Shown in pieces: positions 16,311 to 25,618 of a DNA stretch of 32,000 nt. Both the position numbers and the translations under genes were made by a program. Position 1 is the first letter of the stretch. Each line of letters starts with the position of its first letter. The DNA is from an uncultured Methanosarcinales archaeon. GTDB taxonomy: Archaea > Nanobdellota > Nanobdellia > Woesearchaeales > ARS49. The notes below the pieces were generated by a model. It made no database searches. It had not been told where the DNA came from and worked only from the letters and a program-made list of their open reading frames with translations. The DNA is taken from the NCBI GenBank assembly GCA_964497645.1, contig CAZCCU010000004.1, positions 15,525 to 47,524 of the forward strand, written 5' to 3'.

Positions 16311-16501
16311 TATCGTCGCTTGGTTGCCTTTTCTATTCGGATTTCCTCCTGGAGGACTTTGTGGACGATTCTGTCTATGTGTTCTTCGATGCGTGCAACT
16401 CGTCTTTCCATTAAGACCAATACGCGCATGCAATAGACAATGCCGAATAGGACGCCGACAATGACTGCTAGAACAATTCTGACTAGGACTTCTTCTGCCA
16501 T
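16310..16501 (-). CDS. Small single-pass membrane protein with a C-terminal charged helix
   Basis: A 63-aa protein with one TM helix (IVLAVIVGVLFGIVYCMRVLVL). GAGGTG Shine-Dalgarno and a TATA box upstream. Coupled to the downstream ORF. Confidence 0.55.
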   Translation of the reverse strand: MAEEVLVRIVLAVIVGVLFGIVYCMRVLVLMERRVARIEEHIDRIVHKVLQEEIRIEKATKRR

Positions 16502-16566
16502 ACTAATACACCTCTCTTTTCTAAAGGTTATTTATAAGTAAGAAGTATAAAAAGGTTTGGGTGGGC

Positions 16567-17352
16567 TTACTGTTTTTCCCAGATCATGTTGAACATGTTG
16601 TCAAATGATTTGGCGAAGTTGGCCGCGCTTACCCAGACTCCGAAATCGTAGTTTGGATGCGTGTCGACATCGTCAAGCACCATGAACGTTACTTGTTTAC
16701 CGTCAACCACGCAGAATCGTGCTGGTGGTACGTCGATGTGCTTCATTTGTGCTATTGAAGAAAGTGTTTTTTGCTGGCTTTTCATTGGCGCAAGGATTTT
16801 GATGCGAACGCCTTTGTCTTTTGCTCTTTGCAGGGCATTTTTCAGTGATTCGGATTTGCGTGCGAGTCCGTGCTCGGTAGTCATTATGTTGACTGTTTTT
16901 TCCGCGCCTTTGATCATTGATGCAATGTGATTGTATAAGTTGCCTCTGCCTCTCACTGCGCCAGTTAAATCAGCTGGCTCGACGAGCTCTATGCCTTGTT
17001 TGTGAAGGGTGTTTAACTCTCCGAGAACTTCGCTTTTTCTTAGGCCGTCTATGAGCTCAACTTGTTTGTCTGCGTCATCTTTGACTGATTTTTTGACGCG
17101 CTCAAGAACTTCTGCTGGAGGCACCGCGATATACTTTATCGGTTTACCTAGTTTCATGATGACGAAGCCTTTGCGTTCTAAGCTTTCGAGAACGTCGTAG
17201 CTTCTGCTTCGTGGTACGTTTGCTATGTCAGAAAGCTCGCCTGCTGTTGCTACTCCTCGTGAAAGTAATGCTGTCCAGAGTTTTGCTTCGTAGCTGTTTA
17301 ATCCGAAATCTTTGAGTTTGTTTAAAAAATCTTTTTGAACAATCATTGTCAT
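16567..17352 (-). CDS. TrmB-family transcriptional regulator
   Basis: N-terminal LGLNSYEAKLWTALLSRGVATAGELSDIANVPRSRSYDVLESLERKGFV wHTH plus a TrmB C-terminal domain. Transcribed divergently from cdc6 across the origin. Confidence 0.85.
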   Translation of the reverse strand: MTMIVQKDFLNKLKDFGLNSYEAKLWTALLSRGVATAGELSDIANVPRSRSYDVLESLERKGFVIMKLGKPIKYIAVPPAEVLERVKKSVKDDADKQVELIDGLRKSEVLGELNTLHKQGIELVEPADLTGAVRGRGNLYNHIASMIKGAEKTVNIMTTEHGLARKSESLKNALQRAKDKGVRIKILAPMKSQQKTLSSIAQMKHIDVPPARFCVVDGKQVTFMVLDDVDTHPNYDFGVWVSAANFAKSFDNMFNMIWEKQ

Positions 17353-17467
17353 ATTCTCCGTGGATAAACGTCTCTAGCTTGTTGTTACTCACACGTAGGG
17401 ATAACCGATATATAAATGTTTCTCTTTTTTGTTACTGAGGAATAGCAAAAACTCATTTATATAGTGT

Positions 17468-17490
17468 CACCCCTCGATTTCTCGTGCAAA
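17468..17490 (-). promoter_or_regulatory. Origin recognition box (ORB), left copy
   Basis: The minus strand reads TTTGCACGAGAAATCGAGGGGTG. It shares the CAC-NN-GAAATC-NN-GGGGT core with the right copy and is in inverted orientation, with the G-string distal to the AT-rich region. Confidence 0.7.
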
Positions 17491-17508
17491 CTCTCGCTCT
17501 GTCATGTG

Positions 17509-17620
17509 TTCTTTCTTTTTCTTTTTCTTTTATCTTCTATATAGAAAATAATAATATAATAATAAGGCAGATCCCCCGTGATATATAATTAATAAAATAA
17601 ACAATCAAACACACACAACA
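17509..17620. other. AT-rich duplex unwinding element of the predicted replication origin
   Basis: A 30-nt near-pure pyrimidine tract (17509-17538), the central perfect palindrome TTCTATATAGAA (17535-17546), ATAATAATATAATAATAA and an A/C-only tract. Confidence 0.65.
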
Positions 17621-17630
17621 CAACCCACAG

Positions 17631-17652
17631 TTCCACATGAAATCATGGGGTC
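17631..17652 (+). promoter_or_regulatory. Origin recognition box (ORB), right copy
   Basis: TTCCACATGAAATCATGGGGTC has the mini-ORB-like TCCA-N3-GAAA followed by a G-string. It lies 140 bp from the inverted left copy and 120 nt upstream of cdc6. Confidence 0.75.
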
Positions 17653-17771
17653 AGGCCTCTACAAAACTTTATATACTAATCAGTTTACACTTCTCCACGT
17701 GCAAGAAAGCCTCATATTGATGGGGAGTGGAAAATGGCTTTCTTATCATACTTTAAAAAGTTGGTGATTAC

Positions 17772-18989
17772 ATGAAAGAAAAGGGGTTGGTTGATTTTTT
17801 CGAGAAATACTTAGAGAAAAAGCCGATTTTCAGAAACAAAACCAGTTTGCAATCGAATTATACTCCAGTCCAGATCTTTCATAGGGACGAGCAAATTCAT
17901 CAATTGGCGAACATTCTTGCCCCGGCACTGCGAAGCGAGAAACCTTCTAATGTTTTTATTTACGGCAAGACCGGAAGCGGTAAAACCCTCACAGTCAAGT
18001 ACACCACCCAGCAGATGTTGGGTATCGCCCAGCAGAAAAATATTCCTGTGAAAGTGATCTATCTGAACTGCAAGCTCAAAAAACTTGCGGATACCGAATA
18101 CAGGATAATCGCGCAGTTGCTTCGCGAGTATGGAAAGAACATCCCGCCGACCGGTCTTCCTACTGACGAGGTCTATCATGTTTTCTTCAACACGATTGAC
18201 AAGGATAAGCACATATTGGTTTTGATTTTGGATGAGATTGATCAGCTGATTGGCAAGGCGGGCAATGAGTTGTTGTACAACCTGACACGCATAAATTCAG
18301 AGCTCAAAAACACTCAGATCACGTTGATCGGCATTTCGAACGATTTAGTGTTTACTGACGCTCTGGATCCGAGAGTGAAAAGCTCTTTGAGTGAAGAGGA
18401 GCTGATTTTTCCTCCTTATAATGCCGAGCAAATTCAGCAGATTTTGCACCAGCGTGCTCAATTGGCTTTCAACCCGGGCGTTGTTGAAGATGGCGTTTTG
18501 GAGAAATGCGCTGCTTTTGCTGCGCGAGAGCATGGCGATGCGCGTCGCGCGTTGGAATTGCTGCGAGTGTCTGGTGAGTTAGCTGAGCGTCAGGATAATG
18601 TGAAAGTTTCCATGTCGCATCTTGATCAGGCAGAGGATAAGATTGAGCGCGACCGCATTTTGGACTTGGTCGCTACGCAGCCCACGCAGTTTCAGGTGAC
18701 TTTGTTCTCTATTTTGGGTGCATGTTCTAGCAAGCAGGGTGTTTTTACTGGTGAGATTTACTCTTTGTATGAGAAATACTGTTCTCAGATTGGTCTTCGT
18801 CCTTTGACTCAGCGCCGGGTTAGCGATATTATCGCGGAGCTTGACATGATGGGAATAATTAATGCAAAAGTCATCAGCAAGGGCAGGTATGGGCGTACTC
18901 GTGAGATCAGCATGAGCGTGAGTGATGGAATTCTTGAGAAGATTAAGGGAATTTTGAATGAGGAGCTTGGTTTGTCATGGAGCAGCTAG
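17772..18989 (+). CDS. cdc6: Orc1/Cdc6 replication initiator
   Basis: Walker A GKTGSGKT, Walker B LILDEID, sensor motifs and a C-terminal winged helix (GRYGRTREI). Confidence 0.93.
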   Translation: MKEKGLVDFFEKYLEKKPIFRNKTSLQSNYTPVQIFHRDEQIHQLANILAPALRSEKPSNVFIYGKTGSGKTLTVKYTTQQMLGIAQQKNIPVKVIYLNCKLKKLADTEYRIIAQLLREYGKNIPPTGLPTDEVYHVFFNTIDKDKHILVLILDEIDQLIGKAGNELLYNLTRINSELKNTQITLIGISNDLVFTDALDPRVKSSLSEEELIFPPYNAEQIQQILHQRAQLAFNPGVVEDGVLEKCAAFAAREHGDARRALELLRVSGELAERQDNVKVSMSHLDQAEDKIERDRILDLVATQPTQFQVTLFSILGACSSKQGVFTGEIYSLYEKYCSQIGLRPLTQRRVSDIIAELDMMGIINAKVISKGRYGRTREISMSVSDGILEKIKGILNEELGLSWSS

Positions 18990-20410
18990 TTAAAAAGCGG
19001 GAGATTGTAAGCGCGTTTTTGAAGCATCGCGTGTTGGTGAGTCGTGCTGTTCTTGACAGGCTGAGCCAGCCAAATGTGGTGGAGCAATGGCATGCTGCTT
19101 TGTCGAACGGCGCTACGCCGCAGGAACTGCTCAGTTCCCCTCAAGAATCTCCTTCTTCCGTGCGCATCGTGTGGGAGTATGATGATCGTCCTAAAAAGCG
19201 TTGTGTGCAGGATTTCGTGGATTATTTCAACGCCAGGTATCGTGCGCTTGAGCGGTTGCTGCATTTTCGCCAGGAATTGCAAAACTTGACATCGATTGGA
19301 AGGTTGCGGGGCAAGAGGGATCGTGAGGCAGTATCAATTATTGGTATTGTTGCCGATAAGCGGCGGTCAAAGAATGAGCACATTATTCTGACATTGGAAG
19401 ACACAACTGGCACAATCCAGGTTCTGATATCTAAGACAAAGCAGGACCTGTATGCCTATGCGCAGGACATAGTGTTTGATGAAGTTATTGGAGTGCATGG
19501 TATGCTCGGCGAAGGCATTATGTTTGCGGACGCCGTAGTCGTTCCGGACGTTCCCATTAAAGAGGTGAAAAAGGCGCAGGACGATTCTTATGCGGCAGTT
19601 CTGTCTTGCATCCATGTTGGTTCTGCGCGTTTTGAGAGGGAAAAGTTTGAGCTTTTTTTGGATTGGATTAATGGAAACTATGGTTCTCCTGAAGAGCGCG
19701 AGGTTTCGAAGAAGTTGAAGTATTTGTTTATTTGCGGGGATCTGGTTGATGGTGTCGGTATTTATCCTCAGCAGGAGAAGGAATTGGCGATTACTGATAT
19801 TCGTGAGCAGTATGATGAGTGTGCCCGTTTGCTGAGCCGTATCCGCAAGGACGTTAACATTCTTATTGGTCCTGGGAATCATGACGTGGGCAGGATCAGC
19901 GAGCCTCAGCCGAAACTTTTGAAGGAGTATGCAAAGCCATTGTGGGACCTGCCTAATGTTACCATGGTGTGCAATCCTTGCATGGTCAACATTCATGCTT
20001 CTGCAGACTTTTCTGGCTTTGACGTTTTGATGTATCATGGGTATAGTTTTGATGATTATGGTGAAATCGTGCCAAGCATCAAGAACAGCGGTGCGCACAT
20101 TTCTGATCGTGCGCCGCTCATCATGCGTTTTTTGATGCAGAGAAGGCATCTTGCTCCGCAGCATACGACTACAATGTATATTCCTGATCCTCGGATGGAT
20201 CCTTTGGTGATAGAGAAAGTGCCTGATCTGTTTTTTGCCGGGCACATTCACAAGGCAGGCACTTTGAACTATCGCGGTATAACTATGGTGTCTGCCAGTT
20301 GTTTCCAGGCAAAGACTGACTTTCAGGAAAAAGTGGGGCATGATCCCGAGCCAGGCGTCGTGCCTGTTGTTAATTTACATAATCGTCAGGTTTCGTTTAT
20401 GAGGTTTTGA
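18977..20410 (+). CDS. polB: DNA polymerase II (PolD) small subunit DP1
   Basis: OB fold plus calcineurin-like phosphoesterase motifs (GDLVDG, GPGNHD, YHG, GHIH). Overlaps cdc6 by 13 nt. Confidence 0.92.
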   Translation: MEQLVKKREIVSAFLKHRVLVSRAVLDRLSQPNVVEQWHAALSNGATPQELLSSPQESPSSVRIVWEYDDRPKKRCVQDFVDYFNARYRALERLLHFRQELQNLTSIGRLRGKRDREAVSIIGIVADKRRSKNEHIILTLEDTTGTIQVLISKTKQDLYAYAQDIVFDEVIGVHGMLGEGIMFADAVVVPDVPIKEVKKAQDDSYAAVLSCIHVGSARFEREKFELFLDWINGNYGSPEEREVSKKLKYLFICGDLVDGVGIYPQQEKELAITDIREQYDECARLLSRIRKDVNILIGPGNHDVGRISEPQPKLLKEYAKPLWDLPNVTMVCNPCMVNIHASADFSGFDVLMYHGYSFDDYGEIVPSIKNSGAHISDRAPLIMRFLMQRRHLAPQHTTTMYIPDPRMDPLVIEKVPDLFFAGHIHKAGTLNYRGITMVSASCFQAKTDFQEKVGHDPEPGVVPVVNLHNRQVSFMRF

Positions 20411-23400
20411 ATGGTGAGCGCGTCTGTTGGTATGCAGAATTATTTCGAGCGTTTGAAGGAAGAAGTCGCCAGACTGCACTCTGTGGCTTCTCAAGCGAGA
20501 ATAAAGGGTTTTGATCCGGAGAAGAGTGTTGAAGTTTCTCTTGCTGAAAATATGGCTCAGCGCGTCGTCGGTTTGATTTCAGTTATTGCTCCGCAGATTG
20601 TGAATTCTGGAGTAGTTGAGCGCATTATCGAGCTGGAAAGGCAGTATGGTTCGCTTGATTGGAGAGTTGCGTTGAAAATTGCCGAAGAGGTGGCGTTGGA
20701 AAAGTTCTGCAAGTTCGCTAATAAGAAGGAAGCCATGGAAGTCGGCATTCGCACCGGTTTCGCGTACGTGACTGTCGGAGTTGTGAGCTCGCCTTTGGAC
20801 GGTATTGTGAGTATTGAGGTGAAGAAGCGTGTTGACAATCGCGGTGAATATATTTGTGTGAATTTTGCCGGCCCTATTCGTAATGCAGGTGGAACTGCTG
20901 CTGCGGTCAGTGTTATTATTACTGATTACGTGCGTAGATGTCTTGGCTATGATGTTTATGACGCGCAGCCGTATGAGATCAAGCGTGCAGTGACTGAATT
21001 GCAGGATTATCATGAGCGCATTACGAATCTTCAGTATGTTCCGAGTGAGTCCGAGACTGAGTTTTTGCTGAAGCATCTGCCTGTTGAGGTTAGCGGTGAT
21101 CCTAGTGAGAAGATTGAAGTGAGTAATTACAAGGATTTGCCCCGTATTCCTACAAATTTTATCCGGAGCGGTTATTGTCTCGTGCTGTCTTCATGCATTC
21201 CGTTGAAGGCTCCGAAGTTGTGGAAGCAGTTGAGTGTGTGGAGCAAGGATTTCGGTCTCGAGACTTGGAATTTCTTGGAAGAATTTTTGCGCATCCAGAA
21301 GAAGGCAAAGGCCGGAAAGTCATCGGTGCAGTCTTCGAATCAAAAGATTTCTCCTGATTATACTTACATTTCTGATCTGGTCGCTGGCCGTCCGGTTCTT
21401 GGTTACCCATTGCGTCCTGGAGGTTTTCGTTTGAGGTATGGGCGTTCTCGTGCGAGCGGTTTTAGCGCGCAGAGCATACACCCGGCCTCGATGTACATTC
21501 TTAATCAATACATAGCCACAGGTACGCAATTGAAGACTGAACGGCCTGGAAAGGCGGCCAGTATGGTGTCTTGCGATACGATAGAAGGTCCTATAGTGAA
21601 ATTGCAGGACGGTTCTGTCTTGCAGGTTTCTTCATTGGAAGAAGCCAAGCGTGTCCAGCCTTTGATTAAGGAAATCTTGTTTTTGGGTGACGTGCTGGTT
21701 GCTTATGGTGACTTTTTCAACCGCGCGCACGTGCTGGTTCCCGCTGGGTATTGTCCTGAGTGGTGGTCTCAGGAGCTTTCCAGAGCAATTAATGGTTCAT
21801 TTGATTCTGTTGTCTCTGCAGGAATATCAAAGGAGCGCGTGGAAAGCCTTCTTTCAGACTCATTGCGCATTATTCCGACTGCTCAGGAAGCGATTAAGAT
21901 TGCGCGTGTGACAAATACTCCTTTGCATCCGGCATATTCTGTGTATTGGAGCGTGTTGTCGCTTGATGAGTTCCGTTTGCTGTTGGATTGGTTTGATAGT
22001 GCTAAAGTTCACACCAGCGAGCTCGGCGTTCAGAAAATCGTTCTTCCAAAGCATGATGCCAAGCGTTGTCTTGAATTGGCCGGTCTGCCGCACGCGTTTG
22101 TGAATAATGAATTCGTGGTTATCGACAGGGAATTTGCTACAATGTTGACTGTTGTTTTCCGGTTGACTGATGAAAAGCCTAGTGGATTGAAGAAGCACAT
22201 CACTGCCGATAAGTCAGTGCTTGATGCTATTAACCAGTTTTCTCCGGTTGTGATTCGTGATAAGGCCGGCACTTTTATCGGTTCTAGGATGGGCCGTCCT
22301 GAAAAGGCCAAACAGCGTGAGCTTATCGGTAGTCCTCATGTTCTTTTTCCGATTGGCGAGGAGGGAGGCAGGTTGCGCAGTTTTCAGAGCGCACTTAAAG
22401 AGGGGAAAGTCATCTCTGAGTTTCCATTCTTTTTTTGCCATTCCTGCAATGCTGAAACCATCTTGAGTGTCTGTGAGGTTTGTGGAAAGCAGACGGTTAG
22501 GAAGTGGAAGTGCGCGAGGTGCGGCCTGATAGATCTTCCGAAGTGTCAATCGCACGGTGATGCGCAGGGTAGCAGTCAGCGTTCTATTCCGGTTAAGCAT
22601 TATTTTGATTGTATGTTGAAGCTGATGAGGATTCGTGATTATCCTGAGTTGATTAAGGGTGTGCGCGGTACGACGAATAAGGAGCACATTCCTGAGAATC
22701 TGGGAAAGGGTTTGTTGCGGGCGAGGTATGGCGTGCACGTGTATAAAGATGGCACGACGCGGTATGATATGACTCAGCTTCCATTGACTCACTTCAAGCC
22801 GTGTGAAGTTGGGACAAGCATAGAGAAATTAAGAGGATTGGGATACACGACAGATATTCATGGCGGTCAGCTGATGGGCGTTGATCAGGTTTTGGAGTTG
22901 AAGCCTCAGGATGTCGTGTTGCCGAGTTGTGATGAAAGTCCTGATGATGGCGCTGATAAGGTTTTGATGGATATTGCCCGGTATATTGACGATTTGCTGG
23001 TGCACATGTATGGTCTGCCTCCTCTGTACTGCATTACGTCGGCTCAGGACTTGGTTGGCCAGTTGGTTGTTATGCTTGCTCCGCACACGAGCGCTGGAAT
23101 GGTTGGCAGGATTATTGGTTTTAGCAAGACTCAGGGTTTGTTCGCTCATCCGTTGTTGCATGCTGCTACAAGGCGTGACTGTGATGGTGATGAGGCGTGC
23201 GTTATTTTGTTGATGGACGCGTTTTTGAATTTCAGCAAGAAATATTTGCCAGGCAGCAGAGGGTCGACCATGGATACCCCTCTTGTTCTTACAAGTGTTC
23301 TTGCGCCTTCAGAAGTTGATGATATGGTGTTTGATGTGGATATTGCGTGGAAGTATCCGTTGGAATTGTATGAAGCCGCGCTGAATTATAAATCGCCTTG

Positions 23401-23929
23401 GGAAGTGAAGATTCCTCAGATCAAGGCTTGTCTTGGGAAGCCTGAGCAGTATGAGGGGATGGGTTTTACTCATGACACGACTAATCTCAATTCTACTGTC
23501 CGTTGCAGCGCATACAAAACCTTGCCTTCCATGGAGGAAAAGTTGAGAGGCCAGATGGACTTGGCTGAGAAGCTGCGGAGTGTCGATACTTCTGATGTTG
23601 CCCGTCTTGTTATTGAGAAGCATTTCTTGAAGGACACGAAGGGTAATCTGAGAAAGTTTTCCATGCAGGAATTCCGCTGTGTTAACTGCAATGAAAAGTT
23701 CAGGCGTCCTCCTTTGGTCGGCAAGTGCACAAAATGTAACGGCAAGATAATCTTTACCATCAGTGAGGGCTCTGTTTACAAGTACCTGGAGCCGACTACG
23801 TCTCTCGCCAAGAAATATAATGTTTCTCCTTATCTTCTGCAGACAATTGAGTTGTTGCGTGTGCGTTGTGAGAGCGTGTTCGGCAAAGATCCTGACAAGC
23901 AGGTTGGTCTTGGAGCTTGGTTTGGGTGA
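20411..23929 (+). CDS. polC: DNA polymerase II (PolD) large subunit DP2, no intein
   Basis: A 1172-aa protein with the characteristic DP2 N-terminus (YFERLKEEV...), several Cys4 Zn modules and a C-terminal CxxC..CxxC. The ATG directly follows the DP1 stop. Confidence 0.93.
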   Translation: MVSASVGMQNYFERLKEEVARLHSVASQARIKGFDPEKSVEVSLAENMAQRVVGLISVIAPQIVNSGVVERIIELERQYGSLDWRVALKIAEEVALEKFCKFANKKEAMEVGIRTGFAYVTVGVVSSPLDGIVSIEVKKRVDNRGEYICVNFAGPIRNAGGTAAAVSVIITDYVRRCLGYDVYDAQPYEIKRAVTELQDYHERITNLQYVPSESETEFLLKHLPVEVSGDPSEKIEVSNYKDLPRIPTNFIRSGYCLVLSSCIPLKAPKLWKQLSVWSKDFGLETWNFLEEFLRIQKKAKAGKSSVQSSNQKISPDYTYISDLVAGRPVLGYPLRPGGFRLRYGRSRASGFSAQSIHPASMYILNQYIATGTQLKTERPGKAASMVSCDTIEGPIVKLQDGSVLQVSSLEEAKRVQPLIKEILFLGDVLVAYGDFFNRAHVLVPAGYCPEWWSQELSRAINGSFDSVVSAGISKERVESLLSDSLRIIPTAQEAIKIARVTNTPLHPAYSVYWSVLSLDEFRLLLDWFDSAKVHTSELGVQKIVLPKHDAKRCLELAGLPHAFVNNEFVVIDREFATMLTVVFRLTDEKPSGLKKHITADKSVLDAINQFSPVVIRDKAGTFIGSRMGRPEKAKQRELIGSPHVLFPIGEEGGRLRSFQSALKEGKVISEFPFFFCHSCNAETILSVCEVCGKQTVRKWKCARCGLIDLPKCQSHGDAQGSSQRSIPVKHYFDCMLKLMRIRDYPELIKGVRGTTNKEHIPENLGKGLLRARYGVHVYKDGTTRYDMTQLPLTHFKPCEVGTSIEKLRGLGYTTDIHGGQLMGVDQVLELKPQDVVLPSCDESPDDGADKVLMDIARYIDDLLVHMYGLPPLYCITSAQDLVGQLVVMLAPHTSAGMVGRIIGFSKTQGLFAHPLLHAATRRDCDGDEACVILLMDAFLNFSKKYLPGSRGSTMDTPLVLTSVLAPSEVDDMVFDVDIAWKYPLELYEAALNYKSPWEVKIPQIKACLGKPEQYEGMGFTHDTTNLNSTVRCSAYKTLPSMEEKLRGQMDLAEKLRSVDTSDVARLVIEKHFLKDTKGNLRKFSMQEFRCVNCNEKFRRPPLVGKCTKCNGKIIFTISEGSVYKYLEPTTSLAKKYNVSPYLLQTIELLRVRCESVFGKDPDKQVGLGAWFG

Positions 23930-23977
23930 ATATGCCTTGCATAGGTGTTTTCGCGAAAATAGGAAGAAAAGTTTTCT

Positions 23978-24277
23978 TTAATCGTGTATCAGCACAGCTT
24001 GCGCGTGTGGCACGCCTTTTAATGTCAGCACGTGCTGTTTTTCTATGACGTCTTCCTGCAGTCCTAGCGCGACTGCTTCCTCGCCGACTAGATTGACGCC
24101 GTCTGAATTTCGCATTAAATCCCCGATTTCCTGCACATCTCTTTCTTCTCCTTTGTAGAATTCGCCTCTTAAATCGAGTTGTTTTCCGTTTTCTTCAAGC
24201 AGTTGCCCGAAAAGTTGTTTGTCGCATACTGCCACTATTGTCCTGTTTTCTTTTTTGTGCACTTTTACCAGCATCAT
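23978..24277 (-). CDS. DUF424-family conserved archaeal protein
   Basis: MMLVKVHKKENRTIVAVCDKQLFG pattern. ATGA overlap with the aIF2-beta stop sets the start at 24277. Confidence 0.7.
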   Translation of the reverse strand: MMLVKVHKKENRTIVAVCDKQLFGQLLEENGKQLDLRGEFYKGEERDVQEIGDLMRNSDGVNLVGEEAVALGLQEDVIEKQHVLTLKGVPHAQAVLIHD

Positions 24278-24684
24278 ATTTTTGATTTCACCGGGTGTTT
24301 GCTTCCGCACGCGCTGCATTTTAGGAAGCTGAATTCTCCTTCCTTTTTGATTTCAGTGTCTGGTTTGCCGCAGTCTGGGCAGAGTACGAATTCGTGCGCG
24401 TATTGTTTGACTTTTTCATTGATTCTGCTGGCAGCGAGCTTTGCTCCAAGGACGAGGAGTCCCGATCTGCTTATTTCTCCCGGTGTTGCGAGTTCTTTGA
24501 GAACATATTTCAGCAGGTGTTCCTGCGGTCTGCGGAGAACGCTGGCTATTTGTATGAAGTTGGTGATGATTGTTTTATTGCCTTCCAGGTGTCCGCGTGC
24601 TTTCGGTATTTCAAATCTTTCTTTTTCGAAGACGCTTTGAGGCAGTCGTTCTCGTGCTCGTTTAAGCAACTGATCGTATTCCAT
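24274..24684 (-). CDS. eif2b: Translation initiation factor aIF2 beta subunit
   Basis: YDQLLKRARERLP start, central helix-turn-helix region and a C-terminal Zn-ribbon CPDCGKPDT...CSACG. Confidence 0.9.
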   Translation of the reverse strand: MEYDQLLKRARERLPQSVFEKERFEIPKARGHLEGNKTIITNFIQIASVLRRPQEHLLKYVLKELATPGEISRSGLLVLGAKLAASRINEKVKQYAHEFVLCPDCGKPDTEIKKEGEFSFLKCSACGSKHPVKSKI

Positions 24685-24706
24685 GGACGAGAAAACACCT
24701 GAATCC

Positions 24707-24714
24707 TATATAAA
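24707..24714 (-). promoter_or_regulatory. TATA box (minus-strand TTTATATA) for eif2b
   Basis: Its centre lies about 26 nt upstream of the ATG at 24684. Confidence 0.5.
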
Positions 24715-24769
24715 TGTTTTCGTAGGCAAAGATATATAAAGGCTTGAGCGGGATTAAGAGAGGAAAAAG

Positions 24770-25618
24770 ATGGTGCTCGAATCATTAATGACTCCTCCGC
24801 GCGCTGAAAGCCATCCTGTGGCAGTTTTATTGCTGGGTGCTGCTTACGCCACTCTTGCGATTTTCTTGTCGATGTGGATTTTTGATGAGCAGAGCAGCAT
24901 GGTGATGGTGTTTCTGTCAGCATTGGCTGCGGTGCCTTTGATGTATCACATGCTTCGGTTTGAGGAGCATAAGGATATGGACGCCCAGGATGGTCAATCC
25001 TTGATGCGCCAGCACGCTCCTGCATTGTTATTCTACCTTATGTTGTTCATTGGCATGTCTTTCGCGTTTTCTTTTTGGTATCTCGCCCTGCCTCCTGATG
25101 TTTCTTCCAGTTTGTTTCGTGTGCAGACGCAGACGATTTCAAATCTTAATCAGCACGTTACTGGCAAGATTACTCAGACCGCTCTATTGAGCAAGATTTT
25201 TCTGAATAACATCAAGGTGATGATTTTTTGCATATTGTTCAGCTTTTTGTATGGTGCTGGCGCGATTTTCATTTTGACTTGGAATGCGAGCGTGATTGGC
25301 GCAGCGGTTGGTAATTTTATCCGTACTCATATGGCTAAGTTCGCGGATGCTGTCGGGCTGCAGAAGGTTGGCGCATATTTTTACATTAGTTCGTTGAGTA
25401 TTCTAAGGTATGCCATTCATGGTGTTCCGGAAATTTTCGCGTACATCATTGCTGGTCTTGCAGGTGGAATTTTGTCTGTTGCGATTGTTCGGCACGATTT
25501 TGGAACGGGCAAATTCGAGAAGGTATTGTTGGACGTTTCTGATCTGGTATTGCTGGCAGTTTTGGTGTTGTTTATTGCGGGTATTATTGAAGTGTTTATT
25601 ACGCCGTCTTTATTCTAA
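24770..25618 (+). CDS. SpoIIM/DUF95-like integral membrane protein
   Basis: Multiple TM helices. FLNNIKV...GAGAIFILTWNASVIG...HGVPEIFAYIIAGLAGG matches the stage II sporulation M-like family pattern. Confidence 0.65.
   Translation: MVLESLMTPPRAESHPVAVLLLGAAYATLAIFLSMWIFDEQSSMVMVFLSALAAVPLMYHMLRFEEHKDMDAQDGQSLMRQHAPALLFYLMLFIGMSFAFSFWYLALPPDVSSSLFRVQTQTISNLNQHVTGKITQTALLSKIFLNNIKVMIFCILFSFLYGAGAIFILTWNASVIGAAVGNFIRTHMAKFADAVGLQKVGAYFYISSLSILRYAIHGVPEIFAYIIAGLAGGILSVAIVRHDFGTGKFEKVLLDVSDLVLLAVLVLFIAGIIEVFITPSLF

Noticed and set aside
17691-17726. A possible third ORB in the origin region (TTCTCCACGTGCAAGAAAGCCTCATATTGATGGGGA).
   Set aside because: It shares only the TCCAC-NTG start and the ATGGGG end, and the spacer is 21 nt rather than 8 nt. 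That is too degenerate to call from sequence alone, and it probably lies in the cdc6 5' UTR.
24120-24136. ORB-like half-site: the minus strand reads GTGCAGGAAATCGGGGA, sharing the 10-mer CAGGAAATCG plus a G-run with the mcm-proximal ORB.
   Set aside because: It lacks the TTCCAC half and has a G-string spacing 1 nt shorter. It lies inside the DUF424 coding sequence (codons QEIGDLM). The 10-mer match is only mildly unlikely by chance, so I did not call it a site. A genome-wide PWM scan would settle the question.
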